DNA of 63,351 bases, taken from positions 62,001 through 125,351 of the IMG/VR virus record IMGVR_UViG_2718217648_000002; one strand, written 5' to 3'. Both the position numbers and the translations under genes were made by a program. The DNA comes from an uncultured virus (IMG/VR IMGVR_UViG_2718217648_000002) (Duplodnaviria > Heunggongvirae > Uroviricota > Caudoviricetes). The notes beneath the pieces were generated by a model. That model made no database searches and had not been told where the DNA came from. It saw only the letters and a list, made by a program, of their open reading frames with translations. Below, piece by piece: positions 20,093-30,138 of the stretch (within the stretch, counting starts at the first letter, position 1; the number at the start of each line of letters is the position of its first letter).

Positions 20093-20369
20093 AAAGAACA
20101 AAGCAGATAAGCCAAAGGTGAAAGATTTAGAGGACGGGTACTTCATTAAAATAGATGATGCTGATGTATACATTGTTAGAACACTAGACAGAGAGTATGC
20201 CGCTAAAGATAAACATGAAGTTATTCTTATCGATCTGAGCACCTTGCAAATAGCGCCATACAAGGATATGAAGGAATTAAAAAGTAGGCTGTCTAACAGA
20301 GGTAGCACAGTTGAAGTTATCAGACCTAAACAAGCAAACGTTAATATCGGTTTTGAGTGGAGACAATAA
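20055..20369 (+). CDS. Hypothetical phage protein
   Basis: ORF in operon. Confidence 0.65.
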   Translation: MDVRIMAINLKIRKNKADKPKVKDLEDGYFIKIDDADVYIVRTLDREYAAKDKHEVILIDLSTLQIAPYKDMKELKSRLSNRGSTVEVIRPKQANVNIGFEWRQ

Positions 20370-20375
20370 AAGGAG

Positions 20376-20864
20376 GTGGAGAGAATGAGAGATATTAAAT
20401 TTCAGGCGTTGGTAGTTAAACATACATTAAGCAATTTGGGTTCTAATATGCATTGGGCAGGTATAGACAGTTACGAAGAAATTATTGATGTTCATGACAT
20501 TTCTTTTGATAACGGAAAAATAGATTACGTTACAGATAAAGACGGTGATGAATTTTCGTTTGCTGATAAAAGTTTGAAATCGGTTCGACAATACACCGGA
20601 TTGAAGGACAATAACGGCAAGGAGATTTATGAAGGGGATATAATTCGGATTACTTTCGACACCACATGGGCTGAAGAACCTTATTACGTTGGAGAAGTTA
20701 AATTCTTGGATAGCGAAAACTATCCAGCATTTGATTTAAGGCCTTGGATTGATTGTGAGATGAATGCTTTGAGTTGGTTAAAAAGCGAATCAGACCCGAC
20801 TGTCATCAGTTATGAAGTAATCGGTAATATTTACGAAGATACTGAGCTTTTCGAATCTAAATAA
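20376..20864 (+). CDS. YopX-family protein
   Basis: MRDIKF, QYTGLKD..GKEIYEGDI, EVIGNIYE. Confidence 0.9.
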   Translation: MERMRDIKFQALVVKHTLSNLGSNMHWAGIDSYEEIIDVHDISFDNGKIDYVTDKDGDEFSFADKSLKSVRQYTGLKDNNGKEIYEGDIIRITFDTTWAEEPYYVGEVKFLDSENYPAFDLRPWIDCEMNALSWLKSESDPTVISYEVIGNIYEDTELFESK

Positions 20865-20909
20865 AACAGAGATTTTATAAGGATAAAAATAAAATTAAAA
20901 AGGGGAAAT

Positions 20910-21800
20910 TTGATGAAGCTAATTGGTATTAAAACAAGTAACTGTTTTTTGGTGTCTGACAATATTGAAGGAAAGAAATATTTTCATAGTCAATTAGATG
21001 AATTGTTTTTCGATGGGAAACGAGCAACTGAAACGTATAAATCAGACTGGTTTAAGCTTGATAAGGAGCCAAGTGTTATTGAAAAACAAATGCCTGCTAA
21101 AAAAATCAATCATAGGTATGAATTAAAAGAGGGGTTCCAGGAAACTGATTTGACGCCACAAGTAATTAAAACTTCTTACATAGGTGAAGACAGTGAATAC
21201 TATGAAGTGAAGGGTCTATATAATTTAAAATTTGAAGAAGTCCCGCAACAGAATCAAAAAATTGAGTTTGAAATGAATGTAATTGAAGAAATTGACGGAG
21301 AACTTAAGTTGCAAAGCCATAATTTTAACTTGAATTATAACTTACTGGATAGAATTCAAACTCATCCAATGCTTCTTGAAACAAAGCCGTGTTACTTGTC
21401 CCGAGAAGAAAGCTATAAGATTATCAGAAACCATATAAAAGCCAATATAAACCCTAAGTTTGCAAGAATCACGAGTGATTATGATTTCTGTTTAACTGTG
21501 GTCAAAGTTTTGGAGCTTTGCAAACCTCAAGAGTACGTAGTTGATCTAAATACAATGTACAAACGTAGAAAGCCTAAACTTGAGAAAAGATTTCAAACAA
21601 AGCGGGAAGTTGAAATTTACAATGTTGCACCTAAAGCCTATCAGAGCTACCCAATTGTAGAACCGTTTAGTGGCAAAGATGTTGAGGATTTAAAGGGCAA
21701 TATTAAGAAATTTCTAGATGATCTAATGGATAAAATTAATGAGCCTTTAGTCGAATGTAAATGCTGCGAAGGAAGAGGGGTTATCTTAAGTGAAAATTAA
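20910..21800 (+). CDS. Hypothetical phage protein (C-terminal CxxCxGxG)
   Basis: 296-aa ORF; ARITSDYDFC motif. Confidence 0.8.
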   Translation: MMKLIGIKTSNCFLVSDNIEGKKYFHSQLDELFFDGKRATETYKSDWFKLDKEPSVIEKQMPAKKINHRYELKEGFQETDLTPQVIKTSYIGEDSEYYEVKGLYNLKFEEVPQQNQKIEFEMNVIEEIDGELKLQSHNFNLNYNLLDRIQTHPMLLETKPCYLSREESYKIIRNHIKANINPKFARITSDYDFCLTVVKVLELCKPQEYVVDLNTMYKRRKPKLEKRFQTKREVEIYNVAPKAYQSYPIVEPFSGKDVEDLKGNIKKFLDDLMDKINEPLVECKCCEGRGVILSEN

Positions 21801-22062
21801 ATTGGACAAAGATTACATGGTAAATGAATTGCGGCTGCCTGAATCCTCAATTTTAGAAGAAATCACTGATACGTCTAGGTGGAGTATTCATTATCGTATT
21901 GTGTTTGCATATCAAGACAAGTTTTATGAGACAACTTACAGGGAAGGCGCTACAGAGTTACAAGAGGAGAGACCATGGGAATACGATGACCAGGTTGAGT
22001 GTTTTGAAGTTGAGCTTAAGGAAGTTAAGGTTAGAAAATGGGTAAGAAAAGAATCTAAATAA
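21790..22062 (+). CDS. Hypothetical phage protein
   Basis: SRWS...GATELQE motif; coupled ORF. Confidence 0.75.
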   Translation: MKIKLDKDYMVNELRLPESSILEEITDTSRWSIHYRIVFAYQDKFYETTYREGATELQEERPWEYDDQVECFEVELKEVKVRKWVRKESK

Positions 22063-22079
22063 TAAATGGAGGCGGAAGA

Positions 22080-22532
22080 ATGAGAGAAATCAAGTTTCGA
22101 GGAATGGGCATCAACGGAGAATGGTATTACGGCAATTTATCAATCATTAAGCAAAGAATCAAGAGTATGGGTATTGATCCTGGTTCTTATATCTCTAATA
22201 AAGCTGGTGTTCCATTTGCTTACAGTGTCAGGCCGGAAACAGTTGGGCAATACACCGGATTAAAAGACAAAAACGGCCGAGAGATTTATGAGGGGGATAT
22301 TTTAAAAAGAACAGTCACGGTTGTCATGTACGGTTCAGGCAAACCACCTAAAGATATTGATGAATACTTAGAAGTTGAGTATCGGGAAGATTATGCGGGC
22401 TTCTATATCGGAGAAAGGCCACTGTTTGCTTATGTGGACAATACTCGTGATGTCGATACTGGCTGCAGATGCAGCAAAGCAGAAGTCATCGGCAACATTT
22501 ACGAAGATCCTGAGCTTATAGAGTCTAAATAA
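22080..22532 (+). CDS. YopX-family protein
   Basis: MREIKFRG, PETVGQYTGLKDKNG, EVIGNIYE. Confidence 0.9.
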   Translation: MREIKFRGMGINGEWYYGNLSIIKQRIKSMGIDPGSYISNKAGVPFAYSVRPETVGQYTGLKDKNGREIYEGDILKRTVTVVMYGSGKPPKDIDEYLEVEYREDYAGFYIGERPLFAYVDNTRDVDTGCRCSKAEVIGNIYEDPELIESK

Positions 22533-22565
22533 AAACGATATTTAACCAGATAGGGAGATGTTTAA

Positions 22566-22943
22566 ATGACTTCAGAAGAAGCAAGAAATTATTTTGTGCA
22601 AAAGGGACTTAGTTATGAAGACATTACGGAGGGAGATATTTGTGCTTTAGTTATGCTACTCAATAAGCATGTTAAACAGGCAGTTAAAGCACATACAATG
22701 TCTGTTGATACAATGAGAATGAGTCAGAAAATAAAAAGCAAATACAAAACAAATGGAACTTTAAAAAGTTGTTATCTTTACATAAACAGTCACTATTTTA
22801 CTCAAAGAGAAGCAATTAGTTTTAATCCAGATGGTTTTATTGGTTTCGCAGGGTGGGCAGATTCAGGCAATAGACAACCTATAATTAGTGCTTTTACTGA
22901 ATGGGTTGATTATATGAGTGAACAGTTAAGACAAATCAGTTAA
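22566..22943 (+). CDS. Hypothetical phage protein
   Basis: YFTQREAISFN.DGFIGFAGWAD motif. Confidence 0.8.
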   Translation: MTSEEARNYFVQKGLSYEDITEGDICALVMLLNKHVKQAVKAHTMSVDTMRMSQKIKSKYKTNGTLKSCYLYINSHYFTQREAISFNPDGFIGFAGWADSGNRQPIISAFTEWVDYMSEQLRQIS

Positions 22944-23039
22944 AAGTAATTTTTTATTTAAGGGGGTGATAACGATGTGATCGATTTATATGATTTGAGT
23001 TTTAAAAATAAAACAAAAATAAAAAGGAGTGGTTATTAA

Positions 23040-23864
23040 TTGTTGAGGATTAAAAACAAAATAGAGGAATTGCTAAAAAAGACTAAAGGAGCAGAAAAGA
23101 GAGACTTTGGACGGTACACTCTAATCTGCACACTTCGCAAGGTTACGAAGCTATTAAAGTATATCACAGAAAAGAAGTCTTTTCCAGTATTGGTGACAGC
23201 ATTGGTTTCGTTCATGAATCCAATCAGTATCTTAGCAGCGGACAAGTATCGGAACTTTGAAGAGCTTAAAGCGAATGAATCACCGTTCAATTTTAGCGTG
23301 TTCTCAAAAGAGCAAGACACTGATGTATTAATTCTTGCTCCCCATGGAGGTGGCATAGAAGGGGGAACAAGCGAGCTTGCAAAGGAATTAAGCGAAACAT
23401 ACTCTACATATCTTTTTGAAGCTTTAAAGACACCAGGAGCCTTTGATTTGCATTTAACCAGTACGAATTTTGATGAACCACAAGCACTTGAAATGTTGAA
23501 GGGGCATGAGTTCACATTGTCACTTCACGGTTATGCAAGTAATGATCAACATGTTCTAGTTGGCGGCACAGACCGGGACAAAGCTGAAGCGATAACAAGT
23601 ACATTAAATAATGCCGGCTACTCTGCAGAGCTTCTAGATGAGGGTACGAGGCTATCCGGTAGCAGTCCAAATAACGTGGCCAATAAAAATAAAACAGGAA
23701 AGAGCATTCAACTGGAATTGAGCACTGGACTACGCAAATCAATGTTCAACACCTTTTCTCTGAAAGGACGCTCTGGTACAAGAAATGAGACTTTTTATAA
23801 CTTCATTGACACTCTATCAGGGTTTCTCAATGAAAATGTAGAAGGGAAGGGTTTGACAACATGA
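23040..23864 (+). CDS. yoqZ: Poly-gamma-glutamate hydrolase (PghP/YoqZ family)
   Basis: APHGGGIEGGTSE, LHLTSTNFDEP, SLHG, QLELS. Confidence 0.9.
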   Translation: MLRIKNKIEELLKKTKGAEKRDFGRYTLICTLRKVTKLLKYITEKKSFPVLVTALVSFMNPISILAADKYRNFEELKANESPFNFSVFSKEQDTDVLILAPHGGGIEGGTSELAKELSETYSTYLFEALKTPGAFDLHLTSTNFDEPQALEMLKGHEFTLSLHGYASNDQHVLVGGTDRDKAEAITSTLNNAGYSAELLDEGTRLSGSSPNNVANKNKTGKSIQLELSTGLRKSMFNTFSLKGRSGTRNETFYNFIDTLSGFLNENVEGKGLTT

Positions 23865-25603
23865 ACATGCAACAGCCCTTATACTATTTTGTTGATGCTC
23901 TGGATTGGGGAATTGATGATAAAGGGTCAAATGCAATTGAAACAACAGAAGGATTAAACCGAGCTTTAGAGTATGCATGCTCAAAATCATTCTATAAAGT
24001 ATATGTTCCAAAAGGTATCTACCTAATTGATGCAGTGAATACGTCAAAGCGGTTACCTGAATTCGGTGGAGGTATCAATGTTCCTTCGAATATTGAGCTA
24101 ATACTTCATCCAGAGGCTATATTTAAAGTGCAGCCAAATGATTATCAGGGTTACTCCTGTTTTTATATCGGCCAAGCAAGTAATGTTACGATTCGTGGCG
24201 GTCAAATTATTGGGGATCGACATGAGCATGATTATTCAAAAATTACCTCAATTAAGAAGACGCATGAATGGGGCTTTGGTATCCATGTTAATGGAAGTAG
24301 CAATGTGCTAATTGAAAATGTACAAGTTTCTGACTGTATTGGAGACAACATTTGGATAGCGGCTGATGGAATGATGAACACTTCAGGAACATATACGCCT
24401 TCAAAGAATGTAACCGTTCGAAAGTGTACGCTTTTAAGAGGAAGAAGAAATAATCTGGCTACCAATGGTTGTGAAGGTCTTCTTGTCGATGACTGTGATA
24501 TAGAGGAAGCTGGAGGAGATACAATTGGGCCACAATTAGGAATTGATTTAGAGGGCTTTGGAGAAAACGGAATTAAATACGATCACCCGTATAAATTAAC
24601 TGTGCGAAACTGCAGATTTAAAAACAATGGACGTGGATCTGTTACAGCTCACACAAGCGGCAAGGTAATTATTGAAGGAAACTACAGCGACCATGTTATT
24701 TCCTATGGATATAGCACGGATGTCAGTATCAAAAATAACAAGATCATCAATGAAAATGAAATTAAGACTTATGGAATTGACTCGGTAGGTGTTTCAAGTA
24801 CTGAGTCTGGAAACAGAGTTCAAATTGATGGCAATACGATTAGTGGCTTTGAAGTGGGCATTTGTGTAAGAGGAAAGGGTGGCACAGTATCAAATAATAC
24901 TTTTGAAAAAATAAAAGCATGCCCTATTGCAACACATCAAGCAGAGGACTTTTTAATTACGGACAACAGGATAGAAAACAGTGATTGTGTTCAAGTCCAG
25001 GTTAGAAACTCAAATGATATTAAGGTTGTGAATACCAAAGGAAAAGGAACGAGCTCGTCTTATGCTGCAAAGATAATGGACTCTACCCGAATCAGTCTCG
25101 TTAATAATGAGTTTGCTAATGTATATGGTGGAATTTATTGCGAAAGGTCTCAGTCAGTTCGTTTAAAGGGAAATGACTTGTTGTTAAGTGGGAGTGGATA
25201 CGGCATCTTTTGGGATAAAGACTCTTCTGTCTCACTGCATCGAAATGAAATTCATGAGCCTAGGAATGTTGCAATTAAAGGCACCCCTGAGAAATACAGT
25301 TGCCAGATTAGTGAGAATCAGGTTTATTTCTGTAAATCATTAATCGCCATCCAACTGACTGGTGGTTCAGAACATATATTAAAGGATAATGAGATCATGT
25401 TCAATCGTTCAGCAGACCAAGGATATGGTGTTTATTTGGAGAATACAAACAAGGTACGTCTCGTAAGAAACGATGTGCGCGGAATTGGTGGCAAGTTATT
25501 ATCCCACCCATATTGCACAGATAAAGCAAAGAATACAACCTTAATTTATAACACATATGACAGTGGAACACTGAAGACTGCAGAAGGAGATATTGTGGTC
25601 TAA
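23861..25603 (+). CDS. yorA: Right-handed beta-helix (pectin lyase-like) protein YorA
   Basis: VPKGIY start, repeated NVxIxN beta-helix rungs, GIDLE; synteny. Confidence 0.8.
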   Translation: MNMQQPLYYFVDALDWGIDDKGSNAIETTEGLNRALEYACSKSFYKVYVPKGIYLIDAVNTSKRLPEFGGGINVPSNIELILHPEAIFKVQPNDYQGYSCFYIGQASNVTIRGGQIIGDRHEHDYSKITSIKKTHEWGFGIHVNGSSNVLIENVQVSDCIGDNIWIAADGMMNTSGTYTPSKNVTVRKCTLLRGRRNNLATNGCEGLLVDDCDIEEAGGDTIGPQLGIDLEGFGENGIKYDHPYKLTVRNCRFKNNGRGSVTAHTSGKVIIEGNYSDHVISYGYSTDVSIKNNKIINENEIKTYGIDSVGVSSTESGNRVQIDGNTISGFEVGICVRGKGGTVSNNTFEKIKACPIATHQAEDFLITDNRIENSDCVQVQVRNSNDIKVVNTKGKGTSSSYAAKIMDSTRISLVNNEFANVYGGIYCERSQSVRLKGNDLLLSGSGYGIFWDKDSSVSLHRNEIHEPRNVAIKGTPEKYSCQISENQVYFCKSLIAIQLTGGSEHILKDNEIMFNRSADQGYGVYLENTNKVRLVRNDVRGIGGKLLSHPYCTDKAKNTTLIYNTYDSGTLKTAEGDIVV

Positions 25604-25641
25604 ATAAAACTGTAGTTTTAACAAGTTTAGGAGATGGATAT

Positions 25642-26019
25642 ATGGCCAATATTTTAACCAAAGAACAAGATGAAGCAATCCGGTATTTCAAGAACAAGCT
25701 GAACATATCTGAAAAACTGTACATATCCCTGATTAATTTTAATCTGCTTAGAGATAAACACGAAGACTTTGGTAATAGACTATATGAGCTTTATAAGACA
25801 GACCCTTATCTGTATATCAGAGCGCTTAAAGAAGGTTATGTGGTTGATCAGCCAATTGAATTTAATGAAGCAATTGTGCGGTTCTATGATGGTGAAGAAC
25901 TTGCTGTGATCCATAAGACTACTGGGAAGAGATACAATGTGAATGTTAAAATGAAAAAGCTTCCTGATGGGTTTACGCTGCAAACAATGAACATGTGGTC
26001 TTGGAGTGAGGTTATTTGA
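25642..26019 (+). CDS. Hypothetical phage protein (YorC-like)
   Basis: ORF with AGGAG RBS; synteny. Confidence 0.7.
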   Translation: MANILTKEQDEAIRYFKNKLNISEKLYISLINFNLLRDKHEDFGNRLYELYKTDPYLYIRALKEGYVVDQPIEFNEAIVRFYDGEELAVIHKTTGKRYNVNVKMKKLPDGFTLQTMNMWSWSEVI

Positions 26020-26040
26020 TTATTCAAACTCCTTTGTAAA

Positions 26041-26049
26041 TGGTATAAT
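26041..26049 (+). promoter_or_regulatory. Extended -10 sigmaA promoter for micro-ORF pair
   Basis: TG-G-TATAAT 26041-26049; weak -35 TATTCA at 26021. Confidence 0.65.
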
Positions 26050-26072
26050 TGAATTAATAAAGGAGTGGTATT

Positions 26073-26099
26073 ATGTCCATCAATTCTATTGGAGGCTGA
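26073..26099 (+). CDS. Micro-ORF MSINSIGG (candidate RRNPP-ligand mimic)
   Basis: RBS AAGGAG 26060-26065, ATG..TGA, after own promoter. Confidence 0.5.
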   Translation: MSINSIGG

Positions 26100-26102
26100 G
26101 TC

Positions 26103-26126
26103 ATGGGAGTTAGAGTGGGAGGCTAA
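26103..26126 (+). CDS. Micro-ORF MGVRVGG (candidate RRNPP-ligand mimic)
   Basis: GGAGG RBS formed by the Gly-Gly codons of the previous micro-ORF, 7 nt before ATG. Confidence 0.5.
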   Translation: MGVRVGG

Positions 26127-26141
26127 TAAGATAAACATTTT

Positions 26142-26169
26142 GAGTTGCTATTTAAGCGGCTCTTCTTTT
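26142..26169 (+). terminator. Terminator closing micro-ORF transcript
   Basis: GAGTTGCT-attta-AGCGGCTC-TTCTTTT. Confidence 0.7.
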
Positions 26170-26210
26170 ATGAGGTATTCTAAAAAATATCGTCGATAAA
26201 GGAGAAACTG

Positions 26211-26594
26211 ATGAATTTCTTAACAGCAAAAAACGAGTACGGTGAAACGGTTTACTTTAAAACTCTTAATAGAAGGCCTCGATTGGGTGATTTTGTGAAA
26301 CCAATCGATACACGACCTGTAGACATTGATGGCAATAGAATTAAAGAAAGTGGCAATAGCGCAAATAAATATGATGATCTAGATATCAACTCTTTTTATG
26401 AAGTATACAGGATATTTAATGTTAAGCATGTAATCATTAAAGATAAACTCGGTCATAAAGTTCAATTAGATTCAAGTCAATACCAATTAGCAAAGAAAAT
26501 CACTAAAGAGGAATATACGAATTTTAATGAAAAACTTCATTTATTAAAACATATTGATAACAACCTTAAAAGGATTAGCAACTTTTCCAGCTAA
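26211..26594 (+). CDS. Hypothetical phage protein
   Basis: ORF with AAGGAG RBS. Confidence 0.7.
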   Translation: MNFLTAKNEYGETVYFKTLNRRPRLGDFVKPIDTRPVDIDGNRIKESGNSANKYDDLDINSFYEVYRIFNVKHVIIKDKLGHKVQLDSSQYQLAKKITKEEYTNFNEKLHLLKHIDNNLKRISNFSS

Positions 26595-26650
26595 ATAAAA
26601 GCACTTTGTCGAGCTGCAGATAGTAGCTCAACTCTTTTTAAAACTTTTGA

Positions 26651-26699
26651 GAATAAAAATAAAATAGTTATTGACCGATCCGTTTTGGTGATGTAAGAT
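26651..26699 (+). promoter_or_regulatory. SPBRE-associated promoter of replication operon
   Basis: GAATAAAAATAAAAT 26651; TTGACC 26671, 17 bp, TAAGAT 26694. Confidence 0.75.
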
Positions 26700-26732
26700 T
26701 AAGTTATCCCAAAGAGAGAAAGGAGGAAAGAG

Positions 26733-27107
26733 ATGAAAAAGGAATTAAAGATACTGAAAGTATCTGTCGAAGCCTTACATACCTACAAAAATGATGTCAA
26801 AAGGAATTACGACATTGACGAAGACCAAGCAAGAAGAAAGTTAACCAGGAATGTGATGTTGGTAAAGGAATTTAAACCAAGAGGAATTAAAAGAGGTCTT
26901 TTTTCTAAAACATACTCATATGGAAACTTAAAGATCACAATTCGACATGGAACAGTAATAAGGATTGAAAATGTAAAAGGTGATCCTGAACCTTGGGACT
27001 TTCCAAAAAAGAGATACATAGAATTAAACAAGCTACTTGGTATCAAGGATTGTAAGTTTAGTAGCAAGTCTCATTATAGGCATTTTAAGAATAAAAATAA
27101 AATATAA
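26733..27107 (+). CDS. Hypothetical protein (YorE-like)
   Basis: First ORF of replication operon, AGGAGG RBS. Confidence 0.75.
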   Translation: MKKELKILKVSVEALHTYKNDVKRNYDIDEDQARRKLTRNVMLVKEFKPRGIKRGLFSKTYSYGNLKITIRHGTVIRIENVKGDPEPWDFPKKRYIELNKLLGIKDCKFSSKSHYRHFKNKNKI

Positions 27108-27126
27108 TATTAACGGAGGCGTTATA

Positions 27127-28368
27127 TTGAGCAAACTTTATAATACATTTGAATTTATCGGTAACCTATTTATTTCAAACAATAAAGAGAAATTCCATGA
27201 AATTAAGGAATATGACAGCGGATGGGTTAAGGAAAGATTAAGCTTCGCAGTTCAAGAGTCAAAAACAAACAGTGTTTTTGTTGAGATTGAAGGTGGTTAC
27301 TCAAAAAGCAAACAAAATAAAGTGTTTTCATTCAGCAAGGGTACAGAAAATGAAAAAGGATCAAGACTCGAAATTCCATGGGAAGATCGGTTGAAAGAAG
27401 AAACAGTAAACATGGTTGCTGATTTTTCTAAGATCCTAATTAACTTAAACGATGAGTCAACAAAAACCAAATTAAATGAATTGAAGTTTAAAATTAGAGG
27501 GTTGGAAATGAAAGACTCTCTTACTGAAGAAGAAAATAAAACTTTATCTACTCTCAAGGGAGAATATAAACAATTAAACATAAACGGTGCAGAATTCATT
27601 CATGAATACGATGCTATTCAGTACTTATCCCAAAATCTCGAAAAGCATAAAGACAATAAATTTAAAATTACAGGTAATATTGAATACAATTCATGGAATG
27701 GACGGAATTTTAGAAAGTTCAAAATCAAAACCATTGAAATTGTAAGTAGTGATACACCATCTCAACTAAGAGCCACAATGGATGTATTTTTCACAAGTGA
27801 ATCTTTAGATGAATCGTCATTTGAAGAAGAAAAAAGGTACTTTGTTGATGCATATGTGCTTAGCTATGATAATCAGGCAAAAAAAGATCGATTTTTTCCT
27901 CAGCAATTAGTCATTAATGCACAAAAATTGGACTTTGAAAATGATTTACATATGAAACGATTAAATCTCTTGAAAAACTTCTTTAAAGTTGAAAATGATG
28001 AAGTATATCACCTTCAATGGGTTGTGAATATTTTCAGGGGTGCTGATGAGATTGAGTTTACCGAAGAGGAACTCACGGAAAGTCAAAAGGAAATGATTGC
28101 TTTAGGTTTAAACACACTAGATGACTTTAAACCTAAAGGAGGGCTATTGGGCGAAAATCGTGAAGAAAATAGACTTTTAAAACCTATTTTAAAAAAGATT
28201 AATGATTCTAATGATTTTACAGAAGGTGCTGCAACATCTACATATGAAATTGAAGATCTTACATATATTCCACAACAGATTCAAAATTCTACACCACCCG
28301 TAGAAAAAGAAGAACCTAAAGTGACTGAAGAAGAAAAAGATAATGCATTTGATGATTTATTTGCTTGA
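27127..28368 (+). CDS. Replication-module protein (YorF position; acidic tail, possibly SSB-like)
   Basis: TTG start after GGAGG; ends DNAFDDLFA. Confidence 0.7.
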   Translation: MSKLYNTFEFIGNLFISNNKEKFHEIKEYDSGWVKERLSFAVQESKTNSVFVEIEGGYSKSKQNKVFSFSKGTENEKGSRLEIPWEDRLKEETVNMVADFSKILINLNDESTKTKLNELKFKIRGLEMKDSLTEEENKTLSTLKGEYKQLNINGAEFIHEYDAIQYLSQNLEKHKDNKFKITGNIEYNSWNGRNFRKFKIKTIEIVSSDTPSQLRATMDVFFTSESLDESSFEEEKRYFVDAYVLSYDNQAKKDRFFPQQLVINAQKLDFENDLHMKRLNLLKNFFKVENDEVYHLQWVVNIFRGADEIEFTEEELTESQKEMIALGLNTLDDFKPKGGLLGENREENRLLKPILKKINDSNDFTEGAATSTYEIEDLTYIPQQIQNSTPPVEKEEPKVTEEEKDNAFDDLFA

Positions 28369-28423
28369 TTTGAAAAGACCTAACTGACATTTATTTAAAA
28401 ACAATAAGGAGATGTTTATCCAT

Positions 28424-29539
28424 ATGGCAAGAAAATTTGGTAAAAAGAATAAAATTAAAGTTAATCCTCTCGATTATAACACTGGAATTATTGGTGAATC
28501 GGGGATCGGTAAAACAACTTTAGCTAAAGAAGTTTGCGAAGAATTAGTCGGAGCAGATGGGTATATAATCTTGAATATTGGTAAAGAGGATGGCATCGAT
28601 GCCATCCCAAATGCCTCCTATGAAGATGTTCCTGATTGGACAACCTTTAATGAAATTACTAAAGATATTATTAAAAACAGAACAACAGATTATGCAGATT
28701 TAAAGGTTTTAGTATATGACACATTTGATGAGTTAATTAAAATTACAGAACCAGAAGTTATTCGACTACATAATAAAGCTAATCCTGAAAAAAGAGTGAA
28801 TACAATTAAAGCAGCGTTTGGTGGTTTCCAGGCAGGAGAAGACAAAGTTATTGAGTTAATTCTTGAGAAGATGTGGGAACTTAAAAAGGTCGGTATTAGC
28901 ATGTTTATTTTAGGTCATACGAAGAAAAGAACAATGACAGACGTAGTTACGGGTTTGGAATACGACATGCTGACAACCAATATGACACATAAATACTTCA
29001 ATGCGATTAAAACCAAGCTGCACGTTTTAGGAGTAGCATCTATTAATCGGTCGATTGAAAAGAAAACAGTAAAACAAAAAATTGGGCCTGACAAAACAGT
29101 GGGAACAGTTGTTGATGAATCAAGAATCATCACTTTTAGAGATGACAACTTTAATATTGATTCAAAGTCAAGATTCTCCGATATCACACCATCAATTCCA
29201 TTAGATCCGAATGAATTTATTAAAGCAATTGAACAAGCTATCCATGTGGCTTTTGATAAACAAAAAAATAATACAAATAACATTGAAGAAGAAAGAAAAG
29301 AACAAGAGCAAATTAAAGAAATTCAAATTCACAACGAAGTTAACAACTCATCTTTTATTGATAAAGAAGAGAATGAGAGGTTGGCCGAAGAGATTAAGAC
29401 ACTATTCCCTAATGCAACTGCCGAAGCTAAGGGTGAAATGAAGAAAATTATGGATCAATTTAATATGAAAGATTTTAAAGGTGTAGACATTGTACCAACT
29501 ACAGCATTCGAGAAGATAGTCGAAGCATTATCTAACTGA
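28424..29539 (+). CDS. yorG: AAA_24/Sak4-like P-loop ATPase YorG
   Basis: GESGIGKTT, VYDT, ILGH. Confidence 0.8.
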   Translation: MARKFGKKNKIKVNPLDYNTGIIGESGIGKTTLAKEVCEELVGADGYIILNIGKEDGIDAIPNASYEDVPDWTTFNEITKDIIKNRTTDYADLKVLVYDTFDELIKITEPEVIRLHNKANPEKRVNTIKAAFGGFQAGEDKVIELILEKMWELKKVGISMFILGHTKKRTMTDVVTGLEYDMLTTNMTHKYFNAIKTKLHVLGVASINRSIEKKTVKQKIGPDKTVGTVVDESRIITFRDDNFNIDSKSRFSDITPSIPLDPNEFIKAIEQAIHVAFDKQKNNTNNIEEERKEQEQIKEIQIHNEVNNSSFIDKEENERLAEEIKTLFPNATAEAKGEMKKIMDQFNMKDFKGVDIVPTTAFEKIVEALSN

Positions 29540-29586
29540 AGGAAAAGAGGGGGGAGTCTCCCCCTTATCAATAGGAGAGGGTATTC

Positions 29587-30138
29587 TTGGCCAGAAGATG
29601 TGTATGTCAAATATGTAAAGCTAATGGAACTGTTGATACTTTTTTCAGGGTTTCTGATGATAAGGGGAAAAATAAATACTACTGTACTAAGGATGAATAT
29701 GAAACCTATATCAATGATAAGGTGAAACGAAAAAACCTCTTAAACTACATAGCGAAAGATGTCTTGAATTATAGAGAGGGTCAAGTCATTCCTCCAATTT
29801 TTCTAAAAAAGATAGCTGAACTAAAAAGATTTTATGATTATGAAGTGATACAAATTTGCTTTGAGAAGAACCAACAAACAATTCAATATTGGTTAACTAA
29901 TAAAGAGTTTTACAACGAGTATGGGATGATTAGCTATATTTTTAAGATTGTTGAAAGTAACATCAATGATGTTTATAAGGAATGGCTGCATGAACAAAAT
30001 CAGAGAATGATTGAAAAAAATCATAATCTTGATATTGCAATTGTAAATCAAACTAATATCGTTGATTCCACATCTTTAAAACAAAACAATTCACCAAAAA
30101 ATATAACAGAGTTTCTGGATGGGGAGGACGAGTATTGA
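29587..30138 (+). CDS. Zn-finger replication protein (YorH-like)
   Basis: CxCQIC...YYC; upstream of helicase. Confidence 0.7.
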   Translation: MARRCVCQICKANGTVDTFFRVSDDKGKNKYYCTKDEYETYINDKVKRKNLLNYIAKDVLNYREGQVIPPIFLKKIAELKRFYDYEVIQICFEKNQQTIQYWLTNKEFYNEYGMISYIFKIVESNINDVYKEWLHEQNQRMIEKNHNLDIAIVNQTNIVDSTSLKQNNSPKNITEFLDGEDEY

